DNA of 61,405 nt, the filler included, from Choristocarpus tenellus KU-1152 (lineage: Eukaryota > Protista > Phaeophyceae): NCBI GenBank assembly GCA_964200185.2. It is 9 parts of 9 records of this genome, joined end to end, with 100 filler letters (N's around TTAATTAATTAA, not from the genome) between each part and the next. Parts side by side here need not be neighbours in the genome. Positions count along the whole stretch, not along the records: positions 1 to 9,661 come from CAXNAD020003495.1; positions 9,762 to 15,812 come from CAXNAD020009066.1; 7 more parts are not named here. One strand, written 5' to 3'. Shown piece after piece: positions 1 to 12,419 of this stretch. Every line of letters begins with the position of its first letter. The first letter of the stretch is position 1. Position numbers and translations under genes: made by a program. Below the pieces are notes generated by a model. The model was not told where the DNA came from and searched no databases. It worked only from the letters and a program-made list of their open reading frames with translations.

Positions 1-80
1 AATAACTTTTTCCTGTTTTTGGGCCAAAGGGCCACCCGGGTTTAGACCCCCCCCCCCCCCCCCTCCAGATACTTTGGGTC
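1..80 (+). mobile_element. MITE family A, 3' part (cut by window start)
   Basis: Ends CCAGATACTTTGGGTC like the full copies at 543, 50064 and 61203. Confidence 0.8.
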
Positions 81-542
81 TTCACTCTCTCATTCTTTTC
101 TGGGCTTGACACTGGAATTGCTGTTAACCAAGATGGTCCACAGCCCGACCCCATTACATCTCCTAAGACCCTGATCCGACCTTGTGGAAACATATTTTTC
201 ATTCCATGCTCGTTCTGACCCATGACCAGGTCCAGTTAAAGTATTGAAATTTTAGCACGGCATTGATAATACGCATTTTTCAAGTCCAATCCTGTATAAG
301 CGGTAAACATGGTTGTTACTTCTGTCCATTTTAATATATACTTAAATGTACAGTATGAAATTACAAATCACATTCTACAATACCCAGCACAATATACAAT
401 ATGATGTAGCACAAGAAATAATAACTTATTCTATATTCATATTATTGAATGTTGGCTGGATGTATATAGCCCCTACACTAGAACTGCAGTAAAGTCCCTT
501 CGTGTTACTTACCACAGTGTGATGAAGAAAGGGGCAAAGAAA

Positions 543-717
543 GGCTCAAAGTATCTGGGGGGGGTAGCGGTTGTCCTTTTGGGATCAATTTTTCATGTCA
601 CGATTTTTGGGTGATGCGGTTGCATCGGATGGATAATGCAAGTACACTTTTCCTGGTTTTGGCCCAAATGGACACCATGGTGTAGACTCCCCCCTTCCCC
701 CCCAGGTACTTTAAGTC
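543..717 (+). mobile_element. MITE family A (~175-190 bp), full copy
   Basis: TIRs GGCTCAAAGTATCTGGGGG / CCCCCAGGTACTTTAAGTC; 4-bp TSD GAAA. Confidence 0.9.
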
Positions 718-2228
718 GAAAAGGAGTTCACCAGAGGAGAGTAGATACACTAAGTGCTGTTTTTCTGATGAGCAACAGTGGTATCGACTGCACTGGCAGG
801 GGGAGTAGGAGTTGTAGAGACAGCTAGAATTGGCCCTGTTTTATCGCTAGCTAACCCAGAGCATCTCCTGGAGGCAGTACACACCTCTTGAGGATTTTCT
901 GGTGGATATGGAAGGTCACAGTGTGGGCAAGGCAAACTCCCGGAGGAGCAAGTGGCACTCTACCAAGATCTATACACTACGATGTGTTGGACAGTATTAC
1001 ATGTTAATGGGCCACTTGGATAAGGGATAGAGGTATGGATGCACTGGAGTTGAGGTAGGATTTGTTCAACATCCGATTAAAGTGGATGGGGAAGATGAGC
1101 AAGGTTCGTGCCTATCCAGCAGGTGTTGGTGAATCTGATATTGTGGCTGCATCCTCTCTAATCTGAAAAAAGAGCAGCCTAGAATTCTGCAGGTACATTT
1201 GCAGCATTGTGCAGAGAGTGGCATTTAGGGCACATCATTAGATGGAGGTTAGCGCGGTACTCCCAGAAAGTGAGGCATTCAGGTGCCCTGAGTTGGGAGC
1301 TCGCCACAAAAATGTTGGACAAGGTAAAAAAGAATAATAGAGAGTTATATCTCAAGTATTGGGAGGAGAAAGCTGTTTCGAAGACCCATGAGACAGGCAA
1401 GGTATTGCAGCCTTTTTAGTTGACCGTGCTGGCATGTTTGCCAGACTGCACCATAGTATTGACAGGACAAGTGGTCAGACCAAGAAAACTGTTTAAGCCT
1501 CTCCCTGAAACTGAATAACTAGCTCTGTAGTATGGGCAAGGAGAAACTGGAGAGCGTGATGTCTTTGTGTCTCAATAGGAACCGTGAAGAAGGTGGTCAA
1601 TTACGAGAAGGAGATTAAGGAATAGATGTGCAGACAGAAATATTCCTGGTCAGTCACATCTACCTTCCAGAAGAACGTAGCTGGGCAAAAAAGACACTTT
1701 GTATATTATTGGTACAAATTTGTCAACAACCACAATACAACCTCACACAGAAGAAAGAAAAAAACATTTTATATTTTGCAGATGCCCTCTGGAGGAAATA
1801 AAGACAAAATATATTATTCATCTATCAACAAGTGAATAATGACAGAATCAATCTATATACTGTACACTTTTCACATGTACCTGTTGGCTGGCTTGGTGCA
1901 GAGGTTGTCGTACCTCTAACAAATCTGGTTTGAAGTTTGAAAGTCAATAACCTATTTGAACAAGCTGAGATTCAGTCCTGTCCTGTCAAATATCTCTTTA
2001 GTAGATCAGCATGTGGCCTGGACATGTTTAAATATCTGGAAGCCATGACTCAGCTCTGTTTAAATTTATTTTGCTCTGGTCAGCCTACAACCTGGCCCTG
2101 TCAAAGTCCCCAAGGACCTGAGTTGGCTCTGTCAGAAAGCAGGCTTCCCAGGTCAACCTGTGGTTGGGCTCCATCACGGTTACAGTAGTTTTGTGTAAAG
2201 TTCCGTCTGGTCTTTTCCCCTAATATTT

Positions 2229-2490
2229 GAGTGAAATTATCTTAGAGGGTATGAGTTTTGCCCTGTTTGTCCATTTGGGGCTTGGCCTCCCACGGGTTCC
2301 TTGTGACATTTTTCCTACTCCGAAATGTTTCGGAGTAGGTAAAATGTTTACATTACGAAAAGATTTGTCCGGATCAAGGATATGGACACTTCCTAACAAA
2401 CACGACGGCCAAAAATACTTCACATCAAATCGCAACATTGGATTTGGGCCCCAAATGGACGCGGCTCTACCCTCTAACATACTTTGACTC
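2229..2490 (+). mobile_element. MITE family B (~260 bp), full copy
   Basis: TIRs GAGTGAAATTATCTTAGAGGGTA / TACCCTCTAACATACTTTGACTC; flanks TTT/TTT; internal palindrome. Confidence 0.9.
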
Positions 2491-3194
2491 TTTTTGTTCT
2501 CTTTTTCTTTTTTTTGTCTTTTTTCTTGACGGATTTCTGATAATCCTTTTCTCCCTGGCTATGTCTCTCTATTTCCATACTACTTTCTGGTCAAAGGATC
2601 GTTTGGGTAGGACTGTGAAAACATTATTCTACAGAACAGTAGAATAGAATTTGACAATATCAATAGTATAAGAATGATATTATACAATGTTATAGTGAAA
2701 TGGAGCTCCAGTGCAACCCAGTTCACTCATTCAAAACTCTAATATTTCTTGGGATGACTGGATTACCATGCATATTTGTTATCGTCAAATCAACCCTCTT
2801 TGAGGGTTCTAGCACGGCATCAACTTCCAGAACCCTTCTTGCTAAATAAGCATTGGCATTCTTTTCTCCCAACTGTCTTGGCTACTCTAATTTTATTAGG
2901 TGTAACAGTTCTGATCATTTCCTGACGCACAAGGTGATTTCTTCTTTCTTGGCAATGTTTCGCATAATACCAGGAAAAATATGTACGTATATATATATAT
3001 ATATATATTTCTCACAAACATTTGTCTCCTGCAAACCCAACCAATCCATTTATTTAACATATTCTTTACAATCTTGACTTCCTAAATATAGTTGCGATTA
3101 ATTCAGTGTAATTTAAATAATAATGCTGATCTTCGAGAAGAAGATATTGGTAACAATGAAAAGGTTAACGTAGAATATATTTCTGCTCGTGCAG

Positions 3195-6100
3195 GCCTCT
3201 GAGATGTGCAGTCCGCTACCACCATCTATTGTTATCCCATCCTGTCGGATGAGGTCACTTGGAGCCATCATATCCATCCTCCTCAGGCGAACAGGAGCAA
3301 GCGTGTTACTCCAGGGTCCTCCCGGCAGTGGCAAGACTGCTCTGTGTTCACACTTGCTCCGGGTTAGTGAGTGGAAAGCGCATCCGTACAATCAGCCCTA
3401 ATAAACTACATAGTCTTCCTTTCGACAACTGCTCCATAATTCTGCTGGGGTCTCACATTTCTTGCTTGGCAATCTTTTCGTGAATTTATCTGACTCATGG
3501 ATGTAGTTATATTTTATCATGGAAACAATACCCAAAATGCATTGTCAGGTCCTGGGTAAAGATGTCCTCAATGCAATGGCGATTGCAACAGACGGAACCT
3601 CTGAAACAGATCACAACTGTCTCACCGGGAAATCCAATAATAAGTCGGGAAGCAAGACCTGTTTGGTTGGGGAGGGACCTGGGGAGGGGCAGGAAAAATA
3701 CTCATACGAGTCAATCACAGACAGGCACATCAATGAACTTGACAAGCTTCGTAAAGAAATGGCATCCATTGCATCCAGGGCATCCTCTGTAAGGTACGGC
3801 AAACAAGTGAAATTATCCCGCAAGAAGAGCATCTTTTTTTTCAGAAAGAGGAAGATTTCTCTGGCTGCCCATTGTCAACATCAAATTACTTCCAACGTTG
3901 ACATCCATTGTTTAGGGAACAGGCCAGATATTCAAACATAATATAGGTGAATGCACATGTATCCCTTCCTTCACCTGAGCCTATGTTGCTTTGCTATCTA
4001 GCGTATATATATATATCCCTGTAATAACGTTTTCCTTGAGAAACTCCTCAGGTCAGGTGCAGGTACAGGATGGCCATTAACTAGCGAGATTACTCCGAAA
4101 TCAAAGACCGAAATGTCTTCGGAGGACCTCCCATATACGAGCACATATCTGAGCATGCGACAACATCACTCTTCTGGAGATATTTTGGAGGCTATTGAGA
4201 AGTCAATGCAGCGAGAGCGGGCAGGGGTGCTGGAGCCACCATTAGGAAGTCGAGTTGTAGTATTCCTTGACGACGTTCATCTAATGGATAAGGTAAAAGT
4301 GTTTTTTACTGCAAATCGAGATAACATCTTGAACGACAAACTGTTGAGTAGCAGAGAGATGGAGACACTTACGTGCTTGAACGTAGGTGTGATATGGGAT
4401 AGTAGTGATGTCATGAGGTGCTTGAGGAGTATGGGGCAATACTTTGGAGAACTTGAGATTAGGTCAGTTATTCCAGAATGATAGATCGGTAGGTAAAATT
4501 GATTTGGGTAAAATTGATAGTATTAGGAGTTCCCCAAGTAGAATAGTGCCTTGTGCAGATGCTCCTATCTCTTGAAACTACTACTACTAAATATGGGTAG
4601 ATGATTTGTGTTGAGAAAAGGGTGAGCATGACTGAAGAACATGGTATGTCACCAATTAGGGATAAACCGATTTGAAATCAATTTCATAGCTTGGTATCAA
4701 CAGTTCTGAATAATCAACTACAACGACAACATACCTTATAGAATGAAAAGAACATAAGATCTAATTGTTTTTAACTGAATGGGTAACTTTTTTTGCACCA
4801 AGTCATGCATATAAGGTTTACATGTAAGGTATAAATATATGCTAGTATTGAGCGCTGATATTGTTTGTTCTTTGCAGCATTTGTTCACCCACTCCCGTTG
4901 TGAGGACAACGTCTCCCAAATGGGGTGCATGGAGTTCAAAGCCGTCTGGACAGCCGCACTTGAACTTGCACTGTGATTATTCATTTCTGCACATGGTCTT
5001 CACACGACAAACAAGCAGGTATCAGACTGCACCTCCCAGGGCACTGCCACAGACTTTGAATGGTCTTCACTAGAGACTTTAAGAGGGATGGCTGGTGCTT
5101 ATAAAGCATTGGGTGAAACACACACATCACAGCAATCTAGGGTCACGACAGAGTATGGGCAGGCGACAGAGGGAATTCTTCCGCGCCTTTGCCAGGTGGG
5201 AAATGTTGCTTGTTGTCTGGATATTACAATTCCCATTCGGTGTTGTGTTTTATTTTCAGTAGTATTCGGATGAGGTGTTTCATGGGACCCGATTTTAACA
5301 AAGATTGTTGAGTCTATCTCGTATTCAGATTCAACAGAACATACCTGCATGTGTCATATAAATAGTTTCTAAAAAGACCTATTTATACCCCTTTATTGTA
5401 GTAATTCAAAACTATTCAAGAGTCATGGCTGTGTTTCATAGAGAGCATACTATTTCTGATACCATCTCTACTAGAGCTTCAGGAAGATCAAGACTTGGTC
5501 CACTTGAATTCAACCCTCTGAATGCAGGGCAATTTGGATGCAACTTCCATCTTCCCCATTTTCTTTCTACTAACTTCTTCCCTCCCCTCTGCCCATCAGG
5601 TTCACCCAGACTTCATCCGCTATGCTAGAGCTGGACCTCAAGGCGATGCACTTAATACAGTGAAACTTGTTTCAATGCTGGCATCTCGCTCCACACCAGC
5701 AGGCAGCTGTGGGAGCTCTACCGTTGGCAGTGACACAAAAGTTGTGCCTTCAACTACTTCTTCAGCTGCCCGCCTCTGGCGGCGATTTTTTGTGTTATCT
5801 CTTATACCCCCAGGGGAGGACGAACTCCCATCCATCTTCGCACAAGTGTTTAGTCAAACATTTGCCGGGGATGGACCCGTGGTAGATGCAATGCAAGGAA
5901 AATTTGGGGAAACTCTTGTATTTCCTGATGAAGTGACCAAGTTGGGAAACACCCTGGGGACACACACTGCTGACTTCCTTCTGCGTCTGCAGAGGAGACT
6001 GAGGGATGAAAATATGGGGGTGGGGGGAGCTGCAGTCCAATTCAACTATGGTACCCTGTTGCGCCTATTACGTCCATTGATGCTCTCACGACCAAGTGAA

Positions 6101-8936
6101 GTTTCCTCCTCTGCATCATTATATCGCTTGTGGGCCCATGAGGTTAGGTTCATGTGTCTAGTTCAGGTTGACTTGATGGTTGAGGGTACGAAACACTTGC
6201 AGGGGAACACACTCCAGATAAAATACTGTTTTGTTGCTCTGCACGTATCACAGTGCCCCAATTGATCAATGAAACACATCCTATGATGGTTATATTGAAA
6301 TTGAATTCAAATGTGCCATTGCACCCAAAGCATTGCACACATGTTTTACTGCTCACTGTTCTTTACACCTGTCTATTCCAACAGCAAAGTTGCGCATATA
6401 TTCATTGTGAGGTGGTAGGAGATTCAAGGCTATCAATCAAGACGGCTAGGAAACCCATACCAATCACGCCAGAATAACAACGATACATACTCTCTGCAGT
6501 TGATGCGGGAGGTGGTGGAACCGCTAGCATGCCCTCGGATGAGGTCACTGGGCGTATCAGAGTTGATATTGCACCTGAGAGAGAGGTCCAATGACATGGG
6601 GATCTCTCAGAGACAGGCAAGAACACTTCGCTTGAGCCTATAGGAAATCAGATGTAAGTAGTGCACCCAACAGACCCTTGAATACAGTAGATTAAGCAAA
6701 ATGTTGAAATCCACACTAGCAACAATATGGAGTACATCAAGCAATTCCCTTCAAGCAAATATCTACTCTTAATTCTAATTTAAAACATGGCCTATAGGAG
6801 AAAAAACTGGAAAACTCCCTGCATGAAGGAAGAGGGATTCCTCTTCTATGGGCTGACACCAGGGGCCTTACTGCACTGGTGGCCCAATCTGAGCATGAGT
6901 CAAAAAAGAAGGTGAGCAGACCCCAGCCAAGACACTTCACAATCCGATCTATTTTCAATGCCATTTTCTTCATCCAAATCTTGGTGTAATGTTCATGGGA
7001 TTTCCAGGGGCTCTTTCATCTCTTCCTGCAGTAGGTTATAAGGAGGGATACCTATTCTTAGTTGCTGAATATTGTTCTCAGAAGGTTCCAATACAATCTA
7101 CTATCATCCAAACTTAAGCTACGGTGGCTTAATCACCTTGTTCCCTTGAGGTATTGTGACACTCACAGTTTTATACATGTGAGACCATGAAAAGTTCTGG
7201 CTCAAGCTTGCAATCTGGCAATTGACGTCTAGGTGGTGGGAAACGTTTATAGCAGTGACAGCAAGAAAGGTCACTATCAAAATCTCCCCTGCACCCTGGA
7301 CACAGCACAGGCCAGCGAATGGAGAAAGTCTCATGAAAATGAGAGCACTTCTGATGTGGTGTATCAAGAGGTAAAAATCCTCAATTGTGCATTGTAGGGA
7401 GGAGATGTGTGACACAGATGTTGCAGGTGATCAGGAGGTGTTTGCAATTGTGCTGTCTACTTGGGCTTTTGACCTCACCATATCAACGCACAAAAACCTA
7501 CCACGGGGGATGTTCTTTTGCAATTTTTCGAGCAAGCTGTATTTTTTCGGTAGAATTCACCATTTTTGACAAGTGAAGACATAGATGCAGTGGACACATT
7601 ATCTACCCAGACTCCCTAAAATAAAAATGTATGACTCAAAGCACTTAGGAGGGTAGGCCTGCGCCTGTTTGGGGTCATAGGTCCAATGTTGCAATTTTGA
7701 CTAGTTAAATTTTGGCTATTGTGTTTGTCAGGAAATGTCAATATCCTTGCTCCGGACACACCATTCATAGTCGTGAACATTTTACCTACTCCAAAATGTT
7801 TCGGAGTATGTAACTGTGTTCACAGAAAATTGAAAAAAGGGCATGAAATACCCATGGGAAGCCAAGCCCTGAACGGACAAATATGGGTGAACTCCTACCC
7901 TCCAAAATGCTTTGGATCTCTCCTTTCCACAAAATTTCGTCCAGGAAGCACAGAACCAACAAAACGACACGATCATCTAGTCCACCCTAGCTTGATACTT
8001 CGATATGTAGATTAATGAAGTATCTGCACTCTCAGTCCTTATTGCAATGTTTGTGGCGCTGATGCGCTCAGATTTGCTCCAGGGACGATGAGCATGATGT
8101 ACTCAAAGGCAAAACTGGGAGAGTAATCATGACTCAAGGTGCTGTTATATCTACAAAGGTGAGTATCCTACAAAGTACATGCCATTGATCACATATCAAT
8201 TCCTATCAAAATTTGCGCCCCTAGATCCTTTCATACTAGGTATAGATCCTCATTGCTCATATATAAAGTTGGTCAACACAAAGATATACTAGGGGAAAGA
8301 GCACCACCCAGGTCATCCTGGGCAAAAACGACCCATTGTATTACATGTCAAATGAATTCAAGCCCTCTTACCAGCTAAAATAGCTTCTTATTAGAACAGC
8401 ATCATGTTGCCCCCTACCGTCATGTGGATTCTTTCCCCAGTCCTTCTACGGCCCAGATACTCTTGCTGCTCTTATGGAGCATGCCATCCAGCTACATGCA
8501 GTGCCTTGGCCAGTCACCATTGATAGAAGACCTCTCATTACTCTTCATGATGTAGTCAACGTCTGTAAGGTGAACCTGTAACATATGTTCCCCTTAATTG
8601 TGTACACACAATGTTTAGCTGTTGTGAGTTATCATGTCTCCACTGAGCACTTCACCACGCAACGCACCACATGCTGCTCTTGTCGTTTTGTATAAGAGGA
8701 ACTTTCTCGGGTATTGATCACATGACAGTGTTTCCATCCTTGCCCCAAAATCTTGTTTCCACACGCAGGCACTACGCCAGTTGTCATTACCATGCAATCC
8801 CTTGATCCGTTTGATGGGGTCCTGCAGGGGGTTTGGGGTGCAAGGGAATCCTGGGGCTGCATTTCGACTAGCATGTGCAATCAGCGGGGCGACCTTCGTT
8901 AGCATGAATGCTGGGGCCAGCCAGCTTCATGCAAAG
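3195..8936 (+). CDS. Divergent dynein heavy chain-like protein, partial (AAA3 to start of AAA4). Proposed exons 3195-3362, 3549-3793, 4052-4292, 5019-5195, 5600-6142, 6500-6616, 7233-7370, 8072-8158, 8441-8569, 8769-8936
   Basis: Phase-consistent exons (one GC donor) encoding dynein landmarks in order: VLLQGPPGSGKT (Walker A), IEKSMQRERAGVLEPPLGSRVVVFLDDVH (cf. GPPxGKKxxxFxDDLN), SLETLRG, RLWRRFFVL, QFNYGTLLR, LYRLWAHE, VYQE, HDVVNVCKALRQL, AFRLACAISG. Confidence 0.8.
7633..7920 (-). mobile_element. MITE family B, diverged intronic copy
   Basis: GACTCAAAGCACTTAGGAGGGTAG start; CATTTTACCTACTCCAAAATGTTTCGGAGTA core; TACCCTCCAAAATGCTTTGG end. Confidence 0.75.
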
Positions 8937-9587
8937 GTTAATGCAGCTCCTCCATTTGTACTCGATACATATTACCACTATAATTTGTTCACATTAGTCT
9001 GGAACCTCTCCAATGCTAGCTCCACCCTACCTAGCTCTCTTGATCCATGGTCAGATGTCAGTGTGCACTTCACTACTTCCATGGTGTGAATCAACTGTTG
9101 CACTACAATTCACTTCATTGCCACATGCATGCCTTGATTTTGTGTAAGTCGTTGGATTAGGCTATCCAATCGCTCGTTGCTCTGCCTCCTCCCTCCAATC
9201 CAGTACGTACTTGCCTTTCCTCAATGAATGTTTGCCACCACAATCCTGATATTCTGCATCCCTTTCTTTGACTTGACAAAAGACTGAGCGGTACAGGTGT
9301 ACCCCCTCAATGCACTTGCCACATGGTCCATTGAAGTCAAACATTACAATCTGAGGCTTTGACGACCAGAGCGCTCAACTGTGAGAAATATATCATGCAA
9401 GAGGAGTAGCACGTTTGGCACTGTTTTCGCTATTAGTTAACATGTTTTCCTGAAGCTGACCACAAGTAATATTTCGATCATTCATCTGGAAATTGGTCCA
9501 AAGTGAAACACAGGAAATTCACTGTGCACCGAGGCAATTTTTTGCACTTCCTGTTGCACCAGCAAAATGTTTTTGTAAACCAGCACT

Positions 9588-9661
9588 GACCCAAAGTATC
9601 TGGGGGGGGGGGGGTCTACACCAAGGGGTCCATTTGAACCAAAATCAGGAAAAGTGCATTT
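9588..9661 (-). mobile_element. MITE family A, truncated by contig end
   Basis: GACCCAAAGTATCTGGGGG followed by GTCTACACCAAGGGGTCCATTTG. Confidence 0.8.
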
Positions 9662-9838
9662 NNNNNNNNNNNNNNNNNNNNNNNNNNNNNNNNNNNNNNN
9701 NNNNNTTAATTAATTAANNNNNNNNNNNNNNNNNNNNNNNNNNNNNNNNNNNNNNNNNNNNCCCGTGGGGGGGCCCGCCTGTCCTTATACCTTAGGCTTA
9801 GTCGAGATATATGGAATAATTGGGATGAGTAGGGTTAC

Positions 9839-10092
9839 GGGCCAAACCAGTCGTGAGTTAGGTAGGTTGGAACCTCTTCGCATTCTAAGCCATCTTTCTT
9901 GACGTGTTCAATGTATTCATTGCTTTAAATGCACGATAATATATGGGAAATTGATATCCCCCTTTTCACACACAAAAGTGACATCACACTAAGGCAAAAG
10001 GTTATTTCTGCAATTGTACAAAATTACATTTTATTCCCCTTTCTGGGGATCCTTCAAATGCAACTCTGATGATCTCTAAGCTGGTTTGACTT
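9839..10092 (-). mobile_element. MITE family C, diverged copy
   Basis: Reverse complement aligns by eye with 54132-54381 (TTTCTGCAATT, CCCTTTCTxGGGATC, AAATGCAAC); ends GGTTTGACTT. Confidence 0.6.
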
Positions 10093-11302
10093 TAATTTTG
10101 AGTATGCCCTATATTGTCAACGATGAACCTTCACACGATCATACCACCCTAACGCTTATCAATTTTGGCAGAGGAAAATAGAGGACATCTTGAATTAGCC
10201 CGCAATCAGTAATGAAACGACTCTTAATCAACATGTTTTCATGAAAGAAGCATTATGAAAAGAAAATGCTGTTGAATTGTAGGACCTACTTCAGAGTGAC
10301 ATAGTGAGTCAAAGTAAATGAGATTTACCCAAAGTTGCGTTTCGAGGATGCTGGCGAATGTGTGCGTTAATTGTTTTGAAATACGTATAGGATATGTTCT
10401 GAACTGTTTCAAAAAGTTTCACAAAATACAGAAAGCAACCCTCTCAAGTCATACTTACACTTTGTCCTTAGAAACATGGGTGAATTGGAGAAGAGAATAA
10501 TAACTGGGTTGTGATGAAAAACGACCAATTGTCATAACTGGGTACCTATTGTTCACTTTATTAAATCGGTATGCTTTCTGTTGGGACATCTTCCATCGTG
10601 AAAGCAGTCGATATTGTGTGTGTTACAGTGCTAGGTTAACTGACCCAACAAATTGGAATGGTGTAATAGCCTCATGCTAAAAAAATCTCCACACAGTCAA
10701 GAGCTCTTCTGGATCACTGACTTTGAATATCTTTGAAACGAGGTTTTAATCACAGACTGTCATCATATGTTACAGCACACTCCAAAGCTTACCTCCACGG
10801 GATATATAGCTCCAATCCACAAGCCTATAGATGACGCTGATCCTCATACAAGTCTCCCAGCATGCTCTGACAGCCAAAAGGTCCAACGAACGTCAGGCCA
10901 GCAGATAAAGTATACTTTATGAATCAATAGCCGCTATTATAGGCGTCAGTCAATATTAAAAAGTGAACAGTGTGGCTCCGGGACACTGTTTTGTTAACAT
11001 CATCCACCAATTATTTTTTTTTACAGATGTTAAAATACATCTGCAAATCGTTGCATACATACCCAAGTTACAGATCTTACTCTGCAACCTTTAGCAGATG
11101 GGAGTTCCCGCTAAAGGGGTTCCACGCGAGCGTACACTGCTCACGCTTGTTAGAGCACGGGAACAAATACTTACGCTATTCACCTGTAACACATTAACAA
11201 GTTCGAAGATTCATAAATCCAATACACCTACTTGGTAATGTTCCAAAATCCACATCATGGAACTATTTCCTGCAAGATGGCCTCAAACATGAGAAAATGC
11301 TA

Positions 11303-11400
11303 GACAAACGTATCTTGCAGGGGGTGGCAGCTGTCCATTTGGGACCTAATTTGCCATATTGTGAGTATTGGGCGATTTTGGTTCGCGTGTCGGATGCATA
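11303..11400 (+). mobile_element. MITE family A, eroded 5' half
   Basis: GTATCTTGCAGGGGGTGGCAGCTGTCCATTTGGGAC matches the family A 5' interior. Confidence 0.6.
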
Positions 11401-11593
11401 CAAATATCTGTTGACCTGAGGATATCTATGTTCGTTTTTGTTGTGCTCAGGAAGCATGAATTCTTTTTTTTGTATTCTATGGAGTTAATTTTTTATTTTC
11501 TTGATTCAATTCGGGGAAAGCGTAAGACTGAACCGACCGATTGATAGATCTATGCTGATTTTCGATATGTAGTAGTGAGTATTGTGTAAAAGA

Positions 11594-11752
11594 GATTTGA
11601 GGTAAACAAGAGGTACCCAGAGCTTTCAAAGGATGCCAGTAAATAAGAGCAGAATTCGGCGTTTTTGAGAAAAATGCACAGGATATTATCCATCAGTGTC
11701 CAAAAGTTAAAAAACAGTATGGAAATCAACCCTTTCGGCTCGAAATTAGTGC
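11594..11752 (-). mobile_element. MITE family D fragment
   Basis: Reverse complement aligns with 54640-54803 (CTCTGGGTACCTCT, GCCGAATT, AATATCCT, GATTTC). Confidence 0.6.
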
Positions 11753-12419
11753 ATTATCCACAGAAATATATGCGAGGTGTAAAAGTTAAAAAGACAAGCT
11801 AATAATGCAAAACTCCCCAAAACAGGTTGCCCCTCGTCTACCTTGGCACAGAACATAAACGAAACAAGTCATTCTAAAAAAGTTTGATATACCCCGACAA
11901 AGGTTATCTTTGGAGAATGATGCTTGAAGAGGTCTTGCAAAATGTATTGAGTGGTTGAGCTCCCTTTGTGGTAGAGGAATTTTTTTGTTGAGGTGTGAAC
12001 AAAGTGCTCTCCCTGGTATATTATTTTTATCTTTGCGTGTGATTGCGTGCATCCATTGCTCTCTTGCCAAGTCTAACACTACAAATGTCCCCCGTTCAAC
12101 CCAAATCGTGTGTATTTTCCAAGGTATTGACGAATAGACTAGGGCACTCGTTCACAGCAGGTACACTCGCTGTGCCAGCTCCGTGTCCAACAACAGATAT
12201 TTGAACAAAGTTGACGAAATTTACTCCAAGGTCGCACTGTGTAACTAAAAGACAGATTATCATCGTACAACGGTAACCAAACTCGGAAATACACATCCAA
12301 GCGGGTAAAAAGGATTGAAGAATGATGTACAAAATTATTCGTATGGGGTTCATTACTTTGTGGGTAATAGACGTTCTTTGTTTGTTTCCAACTTTCTTTT
12401 TATCGCGGTTGTCAAACGA

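Noticed and set aside
730-1620. Coding-like decayed stretches (also 15041-15437, 19000-19500, 33960-34800, 43850-44900, 50860-51230, 57280-57800)
   Set aside because: Likely old transposon relics, but no diagnostic motif could be recognised.
2220-2487. Recurring ORFs with PKWT / ILPTPKxFGVGK peptides (also 7719, 12549, 27491, 49937)
   Set aside because: Chance translations of the non-coding MITE A and B copies.
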